A stretch of DNA of 64,000 nucleotides from an uncultured Bacteroidota bacterium. GTDB taxonomy: Bacteria > Bacteroidota > Ignavibacteria > Kryptoniales > JAKASW01. The translations under genes and the position numbers were made by a program. Shown here piece after piece: positions 45,957 through 55,889 of the stretch. The notes beneath the pieces are model-generated. The model saw only the letters and a list, made by a program, of their open reading frames with translations. It did not search any database and was not told the origin of the DNA. Location of the stretch: the NCBI GenBank assembly GCA_963704305.1, contig OY969888.1, positions 1,264,830 to 1,328,829 of the forward strand, read 5' to 3'. How positions within the stretch are numbered: the first letter of the stretch is position 1; the number at the start of each line of letters is the position of its first letter.

Positions 45957-47711
45957 TTACTTAAGGAGAAGCATCTTTTTGGTAATTGAATTCGTCCCTT
46001 GCTGAAGTGTATAGAAGTAAACGCCGCTGGCGAATCTGTCCATGTTGATATCGTAGACGTATTCGCCTGCTGCCTTGCGACCTTGGTCAACTACTTGAAC
46101 GACCTGGCCAAGTATGTTGTAAATAGTCAGACTCATTGTACCACCCTGCGTCAGGCTGACCTTGATGTCAGTAGAAGGGTTGAACGGATTCGGATAGTTC
46201 TGACTCAAGTCGAATGTAGTTGGAATCACGTTGGGAATCTCACGCACCGCCAGTTCGCTGGGGAACCAGTTCAAGTCGCCCAAATGCTTTCCATCATCGC
46301 CCTTCAGATTGGCAGTGTAAGCTAGCTTCTCAGGCACAGGATAAGCATAACCGCCCTTCCCCCAAGTCCAACCGCTGGGCAGGAACGAGAAGTCCGGCGG
46401 ATCCGATTGGCGCATCCAATACGGACGAATATTGGCACCGGTTCCCTCATTCCAGCACGTGTCGATAAAAATTGCCATGCTATCTGCGGCTTGCTGTACC
46501 AGCGTGGCATCGAATCCTGGATCCGTACTGTCGTTGTTGGCTATGTTTATGCCGGGCCACTTTGTTTTGTTTCCAACGAGGTCTGCACCAGTCTGGGCAA
46601 GCCACACTGGAGGAACGATCACACCGTATTTTGTGTGCATGTTGTTCACTGTCGTCCAGTTGTCAACGATAGGCTTGGGCCAGAAATATGCGTTGTTCGT
46701 AACTACAATTTTCCTCCCGGCTTCTGTCAAGTTGTATGGAGCAGCCTCTAGAGAACTGCTTAGGGTATCTAACTCAATCACGGCCGGAGGCCCATAGAAA
46801 TTAGCGTTTTGGCTCGCCACCTCATTGACAACTCCCGTGTCCAGCCCCGTTGAATTGACACTGAAGAATATGTTGTTCTTTATTGTGACATTCCACGCTG
46901 ATGGTACGGTGAAGATTCCGCCCTTCGTCTGCAAGAAAAAGGTGTTATGCTCAATATCTACGTTTCCGATATAACCGGCGGAGCCTATGACAGTTCCACC
47001 CATGATGAAGAATGTATTGTTCTTGAAGACCGCGTTATCACAAGGGTACGCTGTCGGATCGACCCAGGTAAAACCTGGATTCTGCGGCACATCATCCTGG
47101 TTGTTTCTGAATTCGGTGTTCGTAATGTAGATGTTTGCGTGGCCATTGTTCCAAAAGCCAGCGATATTGGGTGTACCGCTGCCGGCGTTCGAAAAATTCT
47201 CCACTACACAGTGGTCCACGATAAGTGTGCAACTATCACCATTGGCATAAAAAAATTGGCTCGCACCAATTAAGCCATCGGATCGAGTACCCAATAAGTA
47301 AAGGTTTTTGAGTGTGGTCGTATCAAAGCCGTTCGGGTTGAAAAACGTCCACGGCGATGAGTTGTCGGAGTTAATCCCCGTCGCCAAAACCGGGATGTTT
47401 CCGGTCGTAGGATTGCGTTTTCCGATGAGAGTTATATTACCTCCAACCGTGATAAGGGAATTTACGTAATAAACGGTGTCAATAGGACCCGTTTGTTGTA
47501 TGACAAACACGGTATTAGGAGGGAGTTTTCCTCCCGTCAACGTATCGCTCTGGATTTGCTTATCAATCGTGTTTACGATACTGCCAAACGGCGGGTTGGC
47601 ATAAAGCATAACAGTATCTGCCGGAGCATACGCATACGCCGAGACAGATGCCGCCACCGAAAGCGAGATAGCGATCGCCAAGAGCGTTAGAAAAGTAGAT
47701 GCTTTTTCCAT
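45957..47711 (-). CDS. T9SS-sorted secreted protein with a probable parallel beta-helix region; unknown function
   Basis: Signal peptide; Asn-rich turns (VDHCVVEN, ITNTEFRNN, FKNNTFF, IEHNTFF, IKNNIFF, VTNNAYF); LGDLNWFP; CTD LSQNYPNPFNPST...SGVYFYTL...KKMLLLK. Confidence 0.75.
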   Translation of the reverse strand: MEKASTFLTLLAIAISLSVAASVSAYAYAPADTVMLYANPPFGSIVNTIDKQIQSDTLTGGKLPPNTVFVIQQTGPIDTVYYVNSLITVGGNITLIGKRNPTTGNIPVLATGINSDNSSPWTFFNPNGFDTTTLKNLYLLGTRSDGLIGASQFFYANGDSCTLIVDHCVVENFSNAGSGTPNIAGFWNNGHANIYITNTEFRNNQDDVPQNPGFTWVDPTAYPCDNAVFKNNTFFIMGGTVIGSAGYIGNVDIEHNTFFLQTKGGIFTVPSAWNVTIKNNIFFSVNSTGLDTGVVNEVASQNANFYGPPAVIELDTLSSSLEAAPYNLTEAGRKIVVTNNAYFWPKPIVDNWTTVNNMHTKYGVIVPPVWLAQTGADLVGNKTKWPGINIANNDSTDPGFDATLVQQAADSMAIFIDTCWNEGTGANIRPYWMRQSDPPDFSFLPSGWTWGKGGYAYPVPEKLAYTANLKGDDGKHLGDLNWFPSELAVREIPNVIPTTFDLSQNYPNPFNPSTDIKVSLTQGGTMSLTIYNILGQVVQVVDQGRKAAGEYVYDINMDRFASGVYFYTLQQGTNSITKKMLLLK

Positions 47712-47747
47712 AGCATTTCTCCTTCTTCTTAGGTTAAGATTTAGTAG

Positions 47748-50700
47748 TTATTGAAGTGTCCATTTGAGTCCTAAATTTGCGACCATCCCATAATCAGATT
47801 CCGATGTAGGAAAACCTGACCCCCTATCTGTGTAAATATCATTTTCGCTGTTAAGATCACTGATGTCGAGAAATGCCTCGAGCCCAAACCACGGCAAACC
47901 TTGATGAGCCGCTAAATCCCATCGCACGTACTTTGCTTTATCGGAGCGATATGAGTTGTAGAAATTCGTGCCACTATAAACTTGGGCCTGGTATATCATG
48001 GAAGCCAAGATGGAAAATTTTCCGTAATCATACCCTATTGAAAGATTCACGACATCATTTGGCTGCTGCAAGAGTCGAGCCGTATAGAAGGTATCGGCGT
48101 ACGTTGTCTTTGGCGGGTATCCTCCGGTATGAGTAATGGTATATGGATATTTCACCTGAGAGAAAATATGGGTATAATTTACGTTCAACACCAAACCGTC
48201 GAAAGGATATGGCAGATACCAGAAATGTGTCTGCCACTCAGTTTCGACACCCCAAAGGTTGACACGATCGGGGTTGTTGATGTTAGTATAGAGTGAATAT
48301 CCTTTAGTGTAGCTCGGAACTCCGGGATACTTCGAAGGGTTGGTTATATGAGTTCCCTGATAGAATATCAAATCATCAATCTGTTTTAGAAAAGGGCTGA
48401 CGGCGAGCAAGCCGATTTCGTTATTATAGGCAGAGACCTGCACATCATAATTATGAGACTGTGACGGTTTCAAAGCAGGGTTGTTCCAGTTTACGTAGTT
48501 GCCTCCTACGTCTAGAAGCGGAATAATTTGATTGAAATCCGGATACACAAGAGTGTTAGTGTAGGCAGCACGAAGACTGAGCCAGGTAAAAGGATCGTAT
48601 TTCAAATTCACATCCGGCAGCCAGTATCCATGATACTCAACGGCAGTCGTATCTTTATAAGGAAGTGTAGCGGGGTACGGATTGTAGGCATCTGCGTTAC
48701 CCACGAAACGGTTTGCTTTATAGGACGTTCGAAATCCCTGATACCTGACACCGGGAGTAATAGCAATCTGGGGACCTATATTCACCGTCGCCATAAGATA
48801 CCCCGCACTTCTTTGCTCGTTTCCTGAATAATCATTTTGTAAGCTCGGGACAAACTGGGGGATGAGGGGATTGACGCCTCCGGTAAGACCGGCAGTCAAG
48901 CCTTTGTAGAAAGCAATCATAGGGTCCATAACGGCAGACTTTAGGAGTCCAACATCTGCTGAGGAATTCATCACATAGTCCCCGTTGAGAAAATTTCCGA
49001 ACTTCATACCCGGATTTAAGAACATGGTTATAGGAAGATCCTGCGCTCCATTTGGATTGAGGCTATAAGGCCGCTGAGCCATCCAAGGATTCTGCGCAAT
49101 GATTTGTCCACGAACTACGTTCAGGACTGCAAAATTTCCATACAGGTTGCCGCTGGCATAGTCATAATTGTAAAACCTGTCCGTATTTCTGTACATTCCT
49201 CCGGCCTTAAGAGTAATTGAGGTGAAGTCAGACAAGTTGAGTACTCTTTCAAGGTCAACCGATCCCGCGATATCTCTCTGCTTGCTGAAGCTATCCCACG
49301 TGCTGCAATTTTGAAGAGCCATTTGGCTAACATTCAACAAAGCCTGACCAGCCTGGGCAATAAGCTTCGGGTCCTCATTGTTCGGTATGTTGATGGTTTG
49401 TGCCGCAGTCTGTTGTGCCTGCATAAACCAATTGTTAGGCGAATTGTTATCCGAGTAGGAAAAAGAGGCCTTTGCGTCAATCTTGATCGTGGACACTGTC
49501 TGCTCATAATGGAGAATACTGGTAACGAGATTGAGCGTGTTGGGCGTATATTGTGTCCCGTACAGTATATCATCGCCCGCTCCGTACCTCCCGAGATCAT
49601 AAGTCTCGCTGTGGTACTGAGTGTTTGTATTACCCTGGCTTAACAAATTCACGAGTTCTATCTTCCCATCGGGAAGTCTATAATCCAGTGTGAGTGTTCC
49701 ATCATACCGCTGCTCTACGCGCGGGTAAAAATAAAGATTCAAGCTGGTAACCACAGTTGGCACTAATTGCTCGGGGTTGGTGGGAAGATTAGGTATCGTG
49801 TAATTAGCTCCGAATTGATCGGATGTGAGGTTCTGTCTCTGCGCAATTCCCTGTACAAATATACCGAGGCGGTCATCTGAGAATCTCTTTTCAACGCTCG
49901 CAACAAACTTGTAATCATTGAATGTGCTCATAAGACCATTATATGCTCCCTGTGCAACAAGAGAAATAGAAGGAGCACCAGTGAGAGTTCCTTTGGCTTC
50001 CCTGATGTCGAAGTTCACTATACCTCCAAGCACAGCGGCATCCATATCGGGTGTAACGGTCTTATAGACTTCAACGCCTTCCAATGTGTTTGACGATATC
50101 ATTCTTAGATCTACCCCGCGGCCACCAGAACTATAAGGACTACTCATAGAACCGTTATTAGAAATGCTGCCGGGATCGTTTGCCGGTATTGGTACACCAT
50201 CAACCGTTATCATATTGTATTGTGGCTGAAGCCCTCGGATTACGACCTCTGTCGCCTCTCCTGCGGATCTTACCAATGAAATTCCTGGCAGCCTTCCGAC
50301 TGATTCAGCTGCGTTCATGTCCGGAAGTGATTGTATGCGCGCCGATGAAACTACATTCACGACATTGTTGGAAGTCAACTGCTGGTTGATAGCTGCATTC
50401 TGGCCGCTTGCCTGGGCTGCGACGACCACCTCCTTAGCTGTAACGCCGATCGCCTCTAACTTTATATTTTCTTCAAGCTGTTCGTCTTCATTTAATTGTA
50501 TTTTGATCGTAAGAGTTTTACAACCGATGTATGACGCTTTCAATGTATAAGAGCCCGCTGGAACGCTCAGGATCGCATATTTTCCGCCCAGGTCCGTAGC
50601 TGCGCCCAAAGAGGTTCCTTCAAGTTGAACGGTAGCACCGGGAAGCGGTTCGCCAGTGCTTGCCTCGGTTACTTTGCCTTCAATCCTGCCATTAGCGCCC

Positions 50701-50768
50701 CATGATAATTGAGATGCAAGCATAATAATCAGGATGGCAAAAAAAACAGCATGCATTTTTGTTAACAT
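47748..50768 (-). CDS. TonB-dependent receptor
   Basis: N-terminal carboxypeptidase-like domain (GKVTEASTGEPLPGA), plug (NAAESVGRLPGIS...IRG...KTVTPDMDAAVLGGIVN), barrel with WLPDVNL...RPDF-like YPDF, C-terminal LGLKWTLQ. Confidence 0.93.
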   Translation of the reverse strand: MLTKMHAVFFAILIIMLASQLSWGANGRIEGKVTEASTGEPLPGATVQLEGTSLGAATDLGGKYAILSVPAGSYTLKASYIGCKTLTIKIQLNEDEQLEENIKLEAIGVTAKEVVVAAQASGQNAAINQQLTSNNVVNVVSSARIQSLPDMNAAESVGRLPGISLVRSAGEATEVVIRGLQPQYNMITVDGVPIPANDPGSISNNGSMSSPYSSGGRGVDLRMISSNTLEGVEVYKTVTPDMDAAVLGGIVNFDIREAKGTLTGAPSISLVAQGAYNGLMSTFNDYKFVASVEKRFSDDRLGIFVQGIAQRQNLTSDQFGANYTIPNLPTNPEQLVPTVVTSLNLYFYPRVEQRYDGTLTLDYRLPDGKIELVNLLSQGNTNTQYHSETYDLGRYGAGDDILYGTQYTPNTLNLVTSILHYEQTVSTIKIDAKASFSYSDNNSPNNWFMQAQQTAAQTINIPNNEDPKLIAQAGQALLNVSQMALQNCSTWDSFSKQRDIAGSVDLERVLNLSDFTSITLKAGGMYRNTDRFYNYDYASGNLYGNFAVLNVVRGQIIAQNPWMAQRPYSLNPNGAQDLPITMFLNPGMKFGNFLNGDYVMNSSADVGLLKSAVMDPMIAFYKGLTAGLTGGVNPLIPQFVPSLQNDYSGNEQRSAGYLMATVNIGPQIAITPGVRYQGFRTSYKANRFVGNADAYNPYPATLPYKDTTAVEYHGYWLPDVNLKYDPFTWLSLRAAYTNTLVYPDFNQIIPLLDVGGNYVNWNNPALKPSQSHNYDVQVSAYNNEIGLLAVSPFLKQIDDLIFYQGTHITNPSKYPGVPSYTKGYSLYTNINNPDRVNLWGVETEWQTHFWYLPYPFDGLVLNVNYTHIFSQVKYPYTITHTGGYPPKTTYADTFYTARLLQQPNDVVNLSIGYDYGKFSILASMIYQAQVYSGTNFYNSYRSDKAKYVRWDLAAHQGLPWFGLEAFLDISDLNSENDIYTDRGSGFPTSESDYGMVANLGLKWTLQ

Positions 50769-51188
50769 GTTACCTGTTACCTCCATCTTATGATTAAGGA
50801 ATCATATATTTACATTAACCGGCTTTTGAGACACTAGGGAAAGATCGCCTCTTTCAGAGTTCTCACCGGATCGCTATCAAAAGCACGGTTGTCATACTTC
50901 TTGATGTCATCCATCAACCTAAGGCAAACGCATGTATGGTTTCTTGCACATGTGTCCTTGCATTCGAACCATCACACTGGACAACGCTTTGAATGATTTG
51001 TGGCAGAGAGTGGTTACTGCTGCAGTTTGGCGAGCAATCTAGGTTAGTCTTTAGTTGGGGTCGTGGCATCCCTGAGTTAGGGACCTTATGAGGGGAGTGT
51101 GTAGAGCCCCGGATGCGTGGTACTAAACTTGTGAAATCAGGCCGTAGCCAAACTCTCAAATCGCGTCTCCTTTTTAGAGGGCCGGTTT

Positions 51189-51218
51189 TGTTAGCGGTAA
51201 CACGTGTTAACGCTACCA
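51189..51218. promoter_or_regulatory. Tandem LacI-family operators
   Basis: TGTTAGCGGTAACA (51189-51202) and TGTTAACGCTACCA (51205-51218) are 14-bp palindromes with a central CG, lying between the TBDR operon and the divergent LacI gene. Confidence 0.75.
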
Positions 51219-51550
51219 TGCAGCGGCAAGTTAAACGTATTGCAGACGAATGTCAAGAGATTTTTCGGAAAATCCTCCCGCTGCATTGCGTCGGTAAAGA
51301 GCTCTGCCCGCCATAACATGGAACAGTTAGCTCCCGGCACACCATGGTATGCGAAAGGCTACGGTTGTTGCCCGTCTACCCCCGATAACAGAAAGGAACA
51401 TGCCGGATAAATTTCTCTTCCCGCAACGGTCATTTATTCTGTACCATGAAAGAGCAGGAGCGAAAAGTAAACAGGAATCGATGCCGCGCGGCCGCCGTCC
51501 AATTTCGAATATTGCTTTGCAATGTGTTAACTTGTGATTACACATAAGAA

Positions 51551-52618
51551 GTGAGGAAGATTACCGCAGAAATGACTGCCAAGAAAACTCACCGCCAACC
51601 AGTGAAGCACGTAACTGAGAAGGCGATTGCGGCACACCTGGGTATATCGCCGATGACCGTGTCGAGAGCACTAAACGGTCGGCCAAATGTGGACAAGAAA
51701 ACAAGGGAAAGAGTACTCAGCAAAGCGAAAAGCCTCGGTTACACACCGAACCAGATTGCGCGAAGCCTCGCTCTGAGAAGAACCGAGACCATCGGTATCG
51801 TCATTCCTGAAATAACCCACTCGTTTTTTCCCGAGGCCATTCGCGGAATCGAGGACGCCGCTTACTCAGCCGGCTACCACCTCATACTGACTCACTCGGC
51901 CGAAAACGATGAACGCGAGCGAGACGGGATACGGACCCTGCAATCGAAAAGAGTGGATGGCCTTCTCATATCCACCGCACAGACTGTTAAAGACCACACG
52001 GCTTATCTCGATGTCATTCGACTCGGAATACCGATAGTTTTCTTCGACCGCATCGTCAAGAACATCGGCGCAAGTACCGTCAGCATCGATGACGAAGAGT
52101 GCTCCTCAAGGATCACCGAACACCTAATCGGCCACGGTTACAAATCAATCGCACACCTCAGCGGTCCGAGCACAGTTTCAATTGGGAAAGCGAGGTTGAG
52201 TGGATTCCGCAAAGCTCTCGTCAGGCACGGCTTGAAATTTAAACCCGAGCTGGTCGTGCAATCGGGCTTTGACGAAAAGGGAGGCTACCGAGCGATGGTG
52301 AGCCTTCTCAAACTTCCGGCCCGCGAACGGCCGGAGGCGGTCGTTGCCGTCAATGACCCGGCAGCATTCGGAGCGATGAAGGCCATACAGGAACACAGAT
52401 TGAGGATTCCGCAGGACATCGCAATCGTCGGATTGTCTGACGATGTGAGAGCCGAGCTCGGAGTAAGTCCCCTGACGACTATCCGTCAACCAGCGTACGA
52501 CATTGGGAAGATCGCCGCCGAGACTTTGATTTCTGAAATCGAAGGAAGGTCGATGCCGGGTAAGAAAATAATCGTGCAGACGGAACTAGCTATCAGGAAA
52601 TCCTGCGGCTGCATATGA
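51551..52618 (+). CDS. LacI-family transcriptional regulator
   Basis: HTH IAAHLGISPMTVSRALN, hinge YTPNQIARSL, VDGLLI, NDPAAFG, PLTTIRQP. Confidence 0.95.
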   Translation: MRKITAEMTAKKTHRQPVKHVTEKAIAAHLGISPMTVSRALNGRPNVDKKTRERVLSKAKSLGYTPNQIARSLALRRTETIGIVIPEITHSFFPEAIRGIEDAAYSAGYHLILTHSAENDERERDGIRTLQSKRVDGLLISTAQTVKDHTAYLDVIRLGIPIVFFDRIVKNIGASTVSIDDEECSSRITEHLIGHGYKSIAHLSGPSTVSIGKARLSGFRKALVRHGLKFKPELVVQSGFDEKGGYRAMVSLLKLPARERPEAVVAVNDPAAFGAMKAIQEHRLRIPQDIAIVGLSDDVRAELGVSPLTTIRQPAYDIGKIAAETLISEIEGRSMPGKKIIVQTELAIRKSCGCI

Positions 52619-52841
52619 AACGATCGGTCAAGACAAATCCGGGCTGGAAAAGATTTCGATCGGACCCGTCTAAAAACCTCTCAAGAAAACCTTCGTGATA
52701 AGGGCGCCGGAGAGAAACGATCCGGCAAGAGAATTACGCGCCTCAACATCCCCGCGCCTAGATTCGTCTCCCCAATTTATGTAAACTCGCACACCATTCG
52801 TGACCGGAGTGTCGATCGCAGCAATAGACTCCGCTCGTCAT

Positions 52842-53897
52842 TTATCTTTGCTTCTTGTAGTGTACTTCGGAGATTCCGCGAAGCTTCTCGGCAGCAACCT
52901 CGGCGGTTATGTCGCGCTGAGGATTACCCAGCATCTCGTAGCCTACCATGAATTTCCGGATTGTTGCGGATCGGAGAAGTGGCGGATAGAAATGCATATG
53001 AAGATGCCATTCACTATGATTCTTGCCGTCCGTCGGTGCCTGATGAATGCCGGCGGAATAGGGAAATGAGACTTCAAAGAGGTTATCATATCGAACCGTG
53101 ATTCTCTTCAATGCGGCTGCAAAGTCCTGCCTATCGACTTTCGTCATGTCCGCGAGACTCGCAATGTGATTCTTTGGTACCATCATCACTTCAAATGGCC
53201 AGACCGCCCAGAACGGCACAACGCAAACGAAACGTTCTGTCTCGAAGACAATTCTATCCTTCTTCTCGAGCTCCAGTGAGATGTAATCACAGATTACACA
53301 ATCCCCTGTCAGGTTTTTGTACTCTTCGATCTGTATGGATTCCTTCGCCGGTTCAACCGGGACAGAGCTCTGCGCCCAGACCTGACAATGTGGATGCGGG
53401 TTGCTGCATCCCATCATCTCGCCTTTGTTCTCAAATATCTGCACGTAGTTCACGTCGTTGAGTTTGCCGAGGTTGATGTATTCATCCCTCCACACCTCGA
53501 CGACGCCGGCGATTTCTTTCACGCTCATTTCGGCCAGAGTCAGATCGTGCCGCGGAGAAAAACACACGACCCTGCAGATCCCCCGTTCACTCTCCGCACG
53601 AATGAGTCCGCCTTCGTCCAGCCGAAAAACGGGAGTGTCATGGGAAAGAGCGCTGAAGTCGTTGTCGAATACAAAGACATTATGGTAATCCGGATTCCTC
53701 TTGCCTCCCGCTCGTTCGTTGCCCGGACAAAGATAACAGGCGGGATCATATTTAGGTAGACTTAATGTGGCGGACTTCTCGACTTTCCCTTGCCAGGGTC
53801 TCTTCAGGCGGCCCGGCGAGACAAGAATCCACTCTCCAGTCAATGCGTTGTACCTGCGATGTGTCTTAGCTAAGAAGTCTTTTTTCATTTTGATCAC
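52842..53897 (-). CDS. galT: Galactose-1-phosphate uridylyltransferase
   Basis: HRRYNALTGEWILVSP.R.KRPWQG, CYLCPGN, FENKGEMMGCSNPHPHCQ (HPH), KFMVGYEML. Confidence 0.96.
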   Translation of the reverse strand: MIKMKKDFLAKTHRRYNALTGEWILVSPGRLKRPWQGKVEKSATLSLPKYDPACYLCPGNERAGGKRNPDYHNVFVFDNDFSALSHDTPVFRLDEGGLIRAESERGICRVVCFSPRHDLTLAEMSVKEIAGVVEVWRDEYINLGKLNDVNYVQIFENKGEMMGCSNPHPHCQVWAQSSVPVEPAKESIQIEEYKNLTGDCVICDYISLELEKKDRIVFETERFVCVVPFWAVWPFEVMMVPKNHIASLADMTKVDRQDFAAALKRITVRYDNLFEVSFPYSAGIHQAPTDGKNHSEWHLHMHFYPPLLRSATIRKFMVGYEMLGNPQRDITAEVAAEKLRGISEVHYKKQR

Positions 53898-53915
53898 CAG
53901 TTGACGAACGAGCAG

Positions 53916-55091
53916 TCAATCTGCAACGAGCTCGGTTCCTGCTGCGAGCCGGCACTCGTAAAACTTTGCCTCTTTGCCGGTCTTCCTCCTATACCTCTCT
54001 TCTACGCTGGCTTCGAATTCCGGGAGCGCGTCATTTTCAACCAGATTGAGCGTGCAACCACCAAAGCCACCGCCCATCATTCTTGCGCCGAGCACACCAC
54101 TTACCGTGGATGCTGCATCGACAAGGACATCAAGCTCGGTGCAGCTCACTTGATATTCATCCCTGAGTCCTTCGTGAGAGGCGTACAACAACTCCCCGAA
54201 CCTTGCATAGTCTGCCTTCTCGAGATACTTGCAGGCAATCTCGACCCGAGCGTTCTCCTCGAGAACATACTGACATCGAATGTACACAACAGGATCAAGC
54301 TCGGCCTTGTGTTCATCCAGCATCCCCAAGGTCACGTCGCGCAAGCTCCTAATCCCATTGTCGTGTGCTGAAATAGTTCTCACCCCTTGCTCGCACTGCT
54401 GTCGGCGCAAGTTATATGCTGATGAGGCAAGGGAACGATTCACTCTTGTGTCGCACAATATGAACCGCAGATTCTTCTGATCAATCGGATAATACACATA
54501 CTCAAGCGAACGGCAGTCGAGCCGGAATGCCGAATTCTCTTTGCTCAGCAAATTCGCAAACTGGTCCATGATGCCACACCGCACGCCGACGAACTCATTC
54601 TCGGATCTTTGTGCGATCTTGGCAAGATCCGCGCGACTGATGCCCAGGCGAAACATCTCATTCAACCCAAATGCAAGTCCAGCCTGTATCGCAGCGGATG
54701 ACGAAAGCCCGGCACCTATCGGAATACTGCCACCGAAGACACAATCGAACCCGCCAATGTCGTAACCCGCACTCAACAGCTGGTCCAGAACTCCTGCGAG
54801 GTAATTTGGCCAGGTCTTATCCGACCGCTCGATCTTCCGCAGGTTGATCTCGGCAGTCTCGGCAAAATTCTCCGAGTATATCATGCACTTCTCATCAGCC
54901 CGTCCTGATATTGCAAAATAGATATTTCTGTCGACTGCAGCCGGCAGCACAAAGCCATCATTATAATCTGTATGTTCACCGATCAGATTTATTCTCCCTG
55001 GTGAACGTACGATAATCGGGTCCGAGCTAATCCCAAATCGCTTCGAAAAAGCATCTCTAATTCTCACTATTCGTTGATCGAGATCTCCCAT
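53916..55091 (-). CDS. galK: Galactokinase (copy 2, with galT)
   Basis: SPGRINLIGEHTDYNDG, PIGAGLSSSAA, CGIMDQF, GARMMGGGFGGC. Confidence 0.95.
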   Translation of the reverse strand: MGDLDQRIVRIRDAFSKRFGISSDPIIVRSPGRINLIGEHTDYNDGFVLPAAVDRNIYFAISGRADEKCMIYSENFAETAEINLRKIERSDKTWPNYLAGVLDQLLSAGYDIGGFDCVFGGSIPIGAGLSSSAAIQAGLAFGLNEMFRLGISRADLAKIAQRSENEFVGVRCGIMDQFANLLSKENSAFRLDCRSLEYVYYPIDQKNLRFILCDTRVNRSLASSAYNLRRQQCEQGVRTISAHDNGIRSLRDVTLGMLDEHKAELDPVVYIRCQYVLEENARVEIACKYLEKADYARFGELLYASHEGLRDEYQVSCTELDVLVDAASTVSGVLGARMMGGGFGGCTLNLVENDALPEFEASVEERYRRKTGKEAKFYECRLAAGTELVAD

Positions 55092-55239
55092 TCGTTTCTC
55101 TCAAAACCAATTCTCTTTTTTGCGTAGCAAGGTCACTTTGACACATGATCATTCAAAAGGCAAAAAGCGGCCATTTACAAAACGTCTCTGCAGGCTCGCC
55201 GCCGGAACCAAATATATCAGTTTTGGAAACAATTTTCCA

Positions 55240-55253
55240 TGATAGCGCTAACA
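55240..55253. promoter_or_regulatory. LacI-family operator upstream of galK-galT
   Basis: TGATAGCGCTAACA fits the same TGWTA-N-CG-S-TA-N-CA pattern; about 150 nt upstream of the galK start. Confidence 0.7.
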
Positions 55254-55290
55254 TCAATCATTCCGCAATCCTCCGTCCCAAGAGGACAAT

Positions 55291-55761
55291 TCAAAGCTCG
55301 AGTTCCATGTACATCTCGTTTGACTTGTAACCCATCGCCGCATATATGGGGTAGCCAAATTGCGATGCGTGAAGACCGGTCTTCCTCATCCCGCGCCTTC
55401 TCCCCTCCCGGTGAAGTCGATCCATGATCTTCCTCGAAATCCCTATCCCTCTGTATTCCTTTTCGACATAAACGTTAAGAATGTACCCCATCGAATTGTC
55501 AACGTGCTCGATATGCGGAGGCCTCTCCCAAAAGAGAATCGAGCCGCAAGCAACAATTCTCCGTCCCGCTTCAACAACGCAATCATACTGATTCTTCAGA
55601 CCGATGTGTTTTGAATAATATTCTCTCGACTTCTTAATGAACCTGGCTTGGGTCTTCGAAAAATCTTTCTCGGGTTCCATGTCCCGGAACATGCGAAACC
55701 TGTACTCGGCTAATACCGAAGCATCCTTCTTGGTGGCCTTTCGAATTTTCAAATTGTCCAT
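55291..55761 (-). CDS. GNAT family N-acetyltransferase
   Basis: YILNVYVEKEYRGIGI (acetyl-CoA motif A), LHAS..GYPIY..MGY. Confidence 0.9.
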   Translation of the reverse strand: MDNLKIRKATKKDASVLAEYRFRMFRDMEPEKDFSKTQARFIKKSREYYSKHIGLKNQYDCVVEAGRRIVACGSILFWERPPHIEHVDNSMGYILNVYVEKEYRGIGISRKIMDRLHREGRRRGMRKTGLHASQFGYPIYAAMGYKSNEMYMELEL

Positions 55762-55889
55762 TAAATATTTCCTCTCACGTCGCTGACCGATCTGTCAGCA
55801 TGTAATGTCTGCCTCAGCCGGATACTCGTTGAACGCCGACCGTCAGTCGAGGGGTGAGACGCTATCTTTTCGCCGGACGATAGCGGGAA

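Noticed and set aside
50920-50965. AAGGCAAAC as the start of a c-di-GMP-I riboswitch
   Set aside because: It is on the strand opposite the TBDR transcript, and the downstream GAAA tetraloop and GACGCAAAGC elements are absent.
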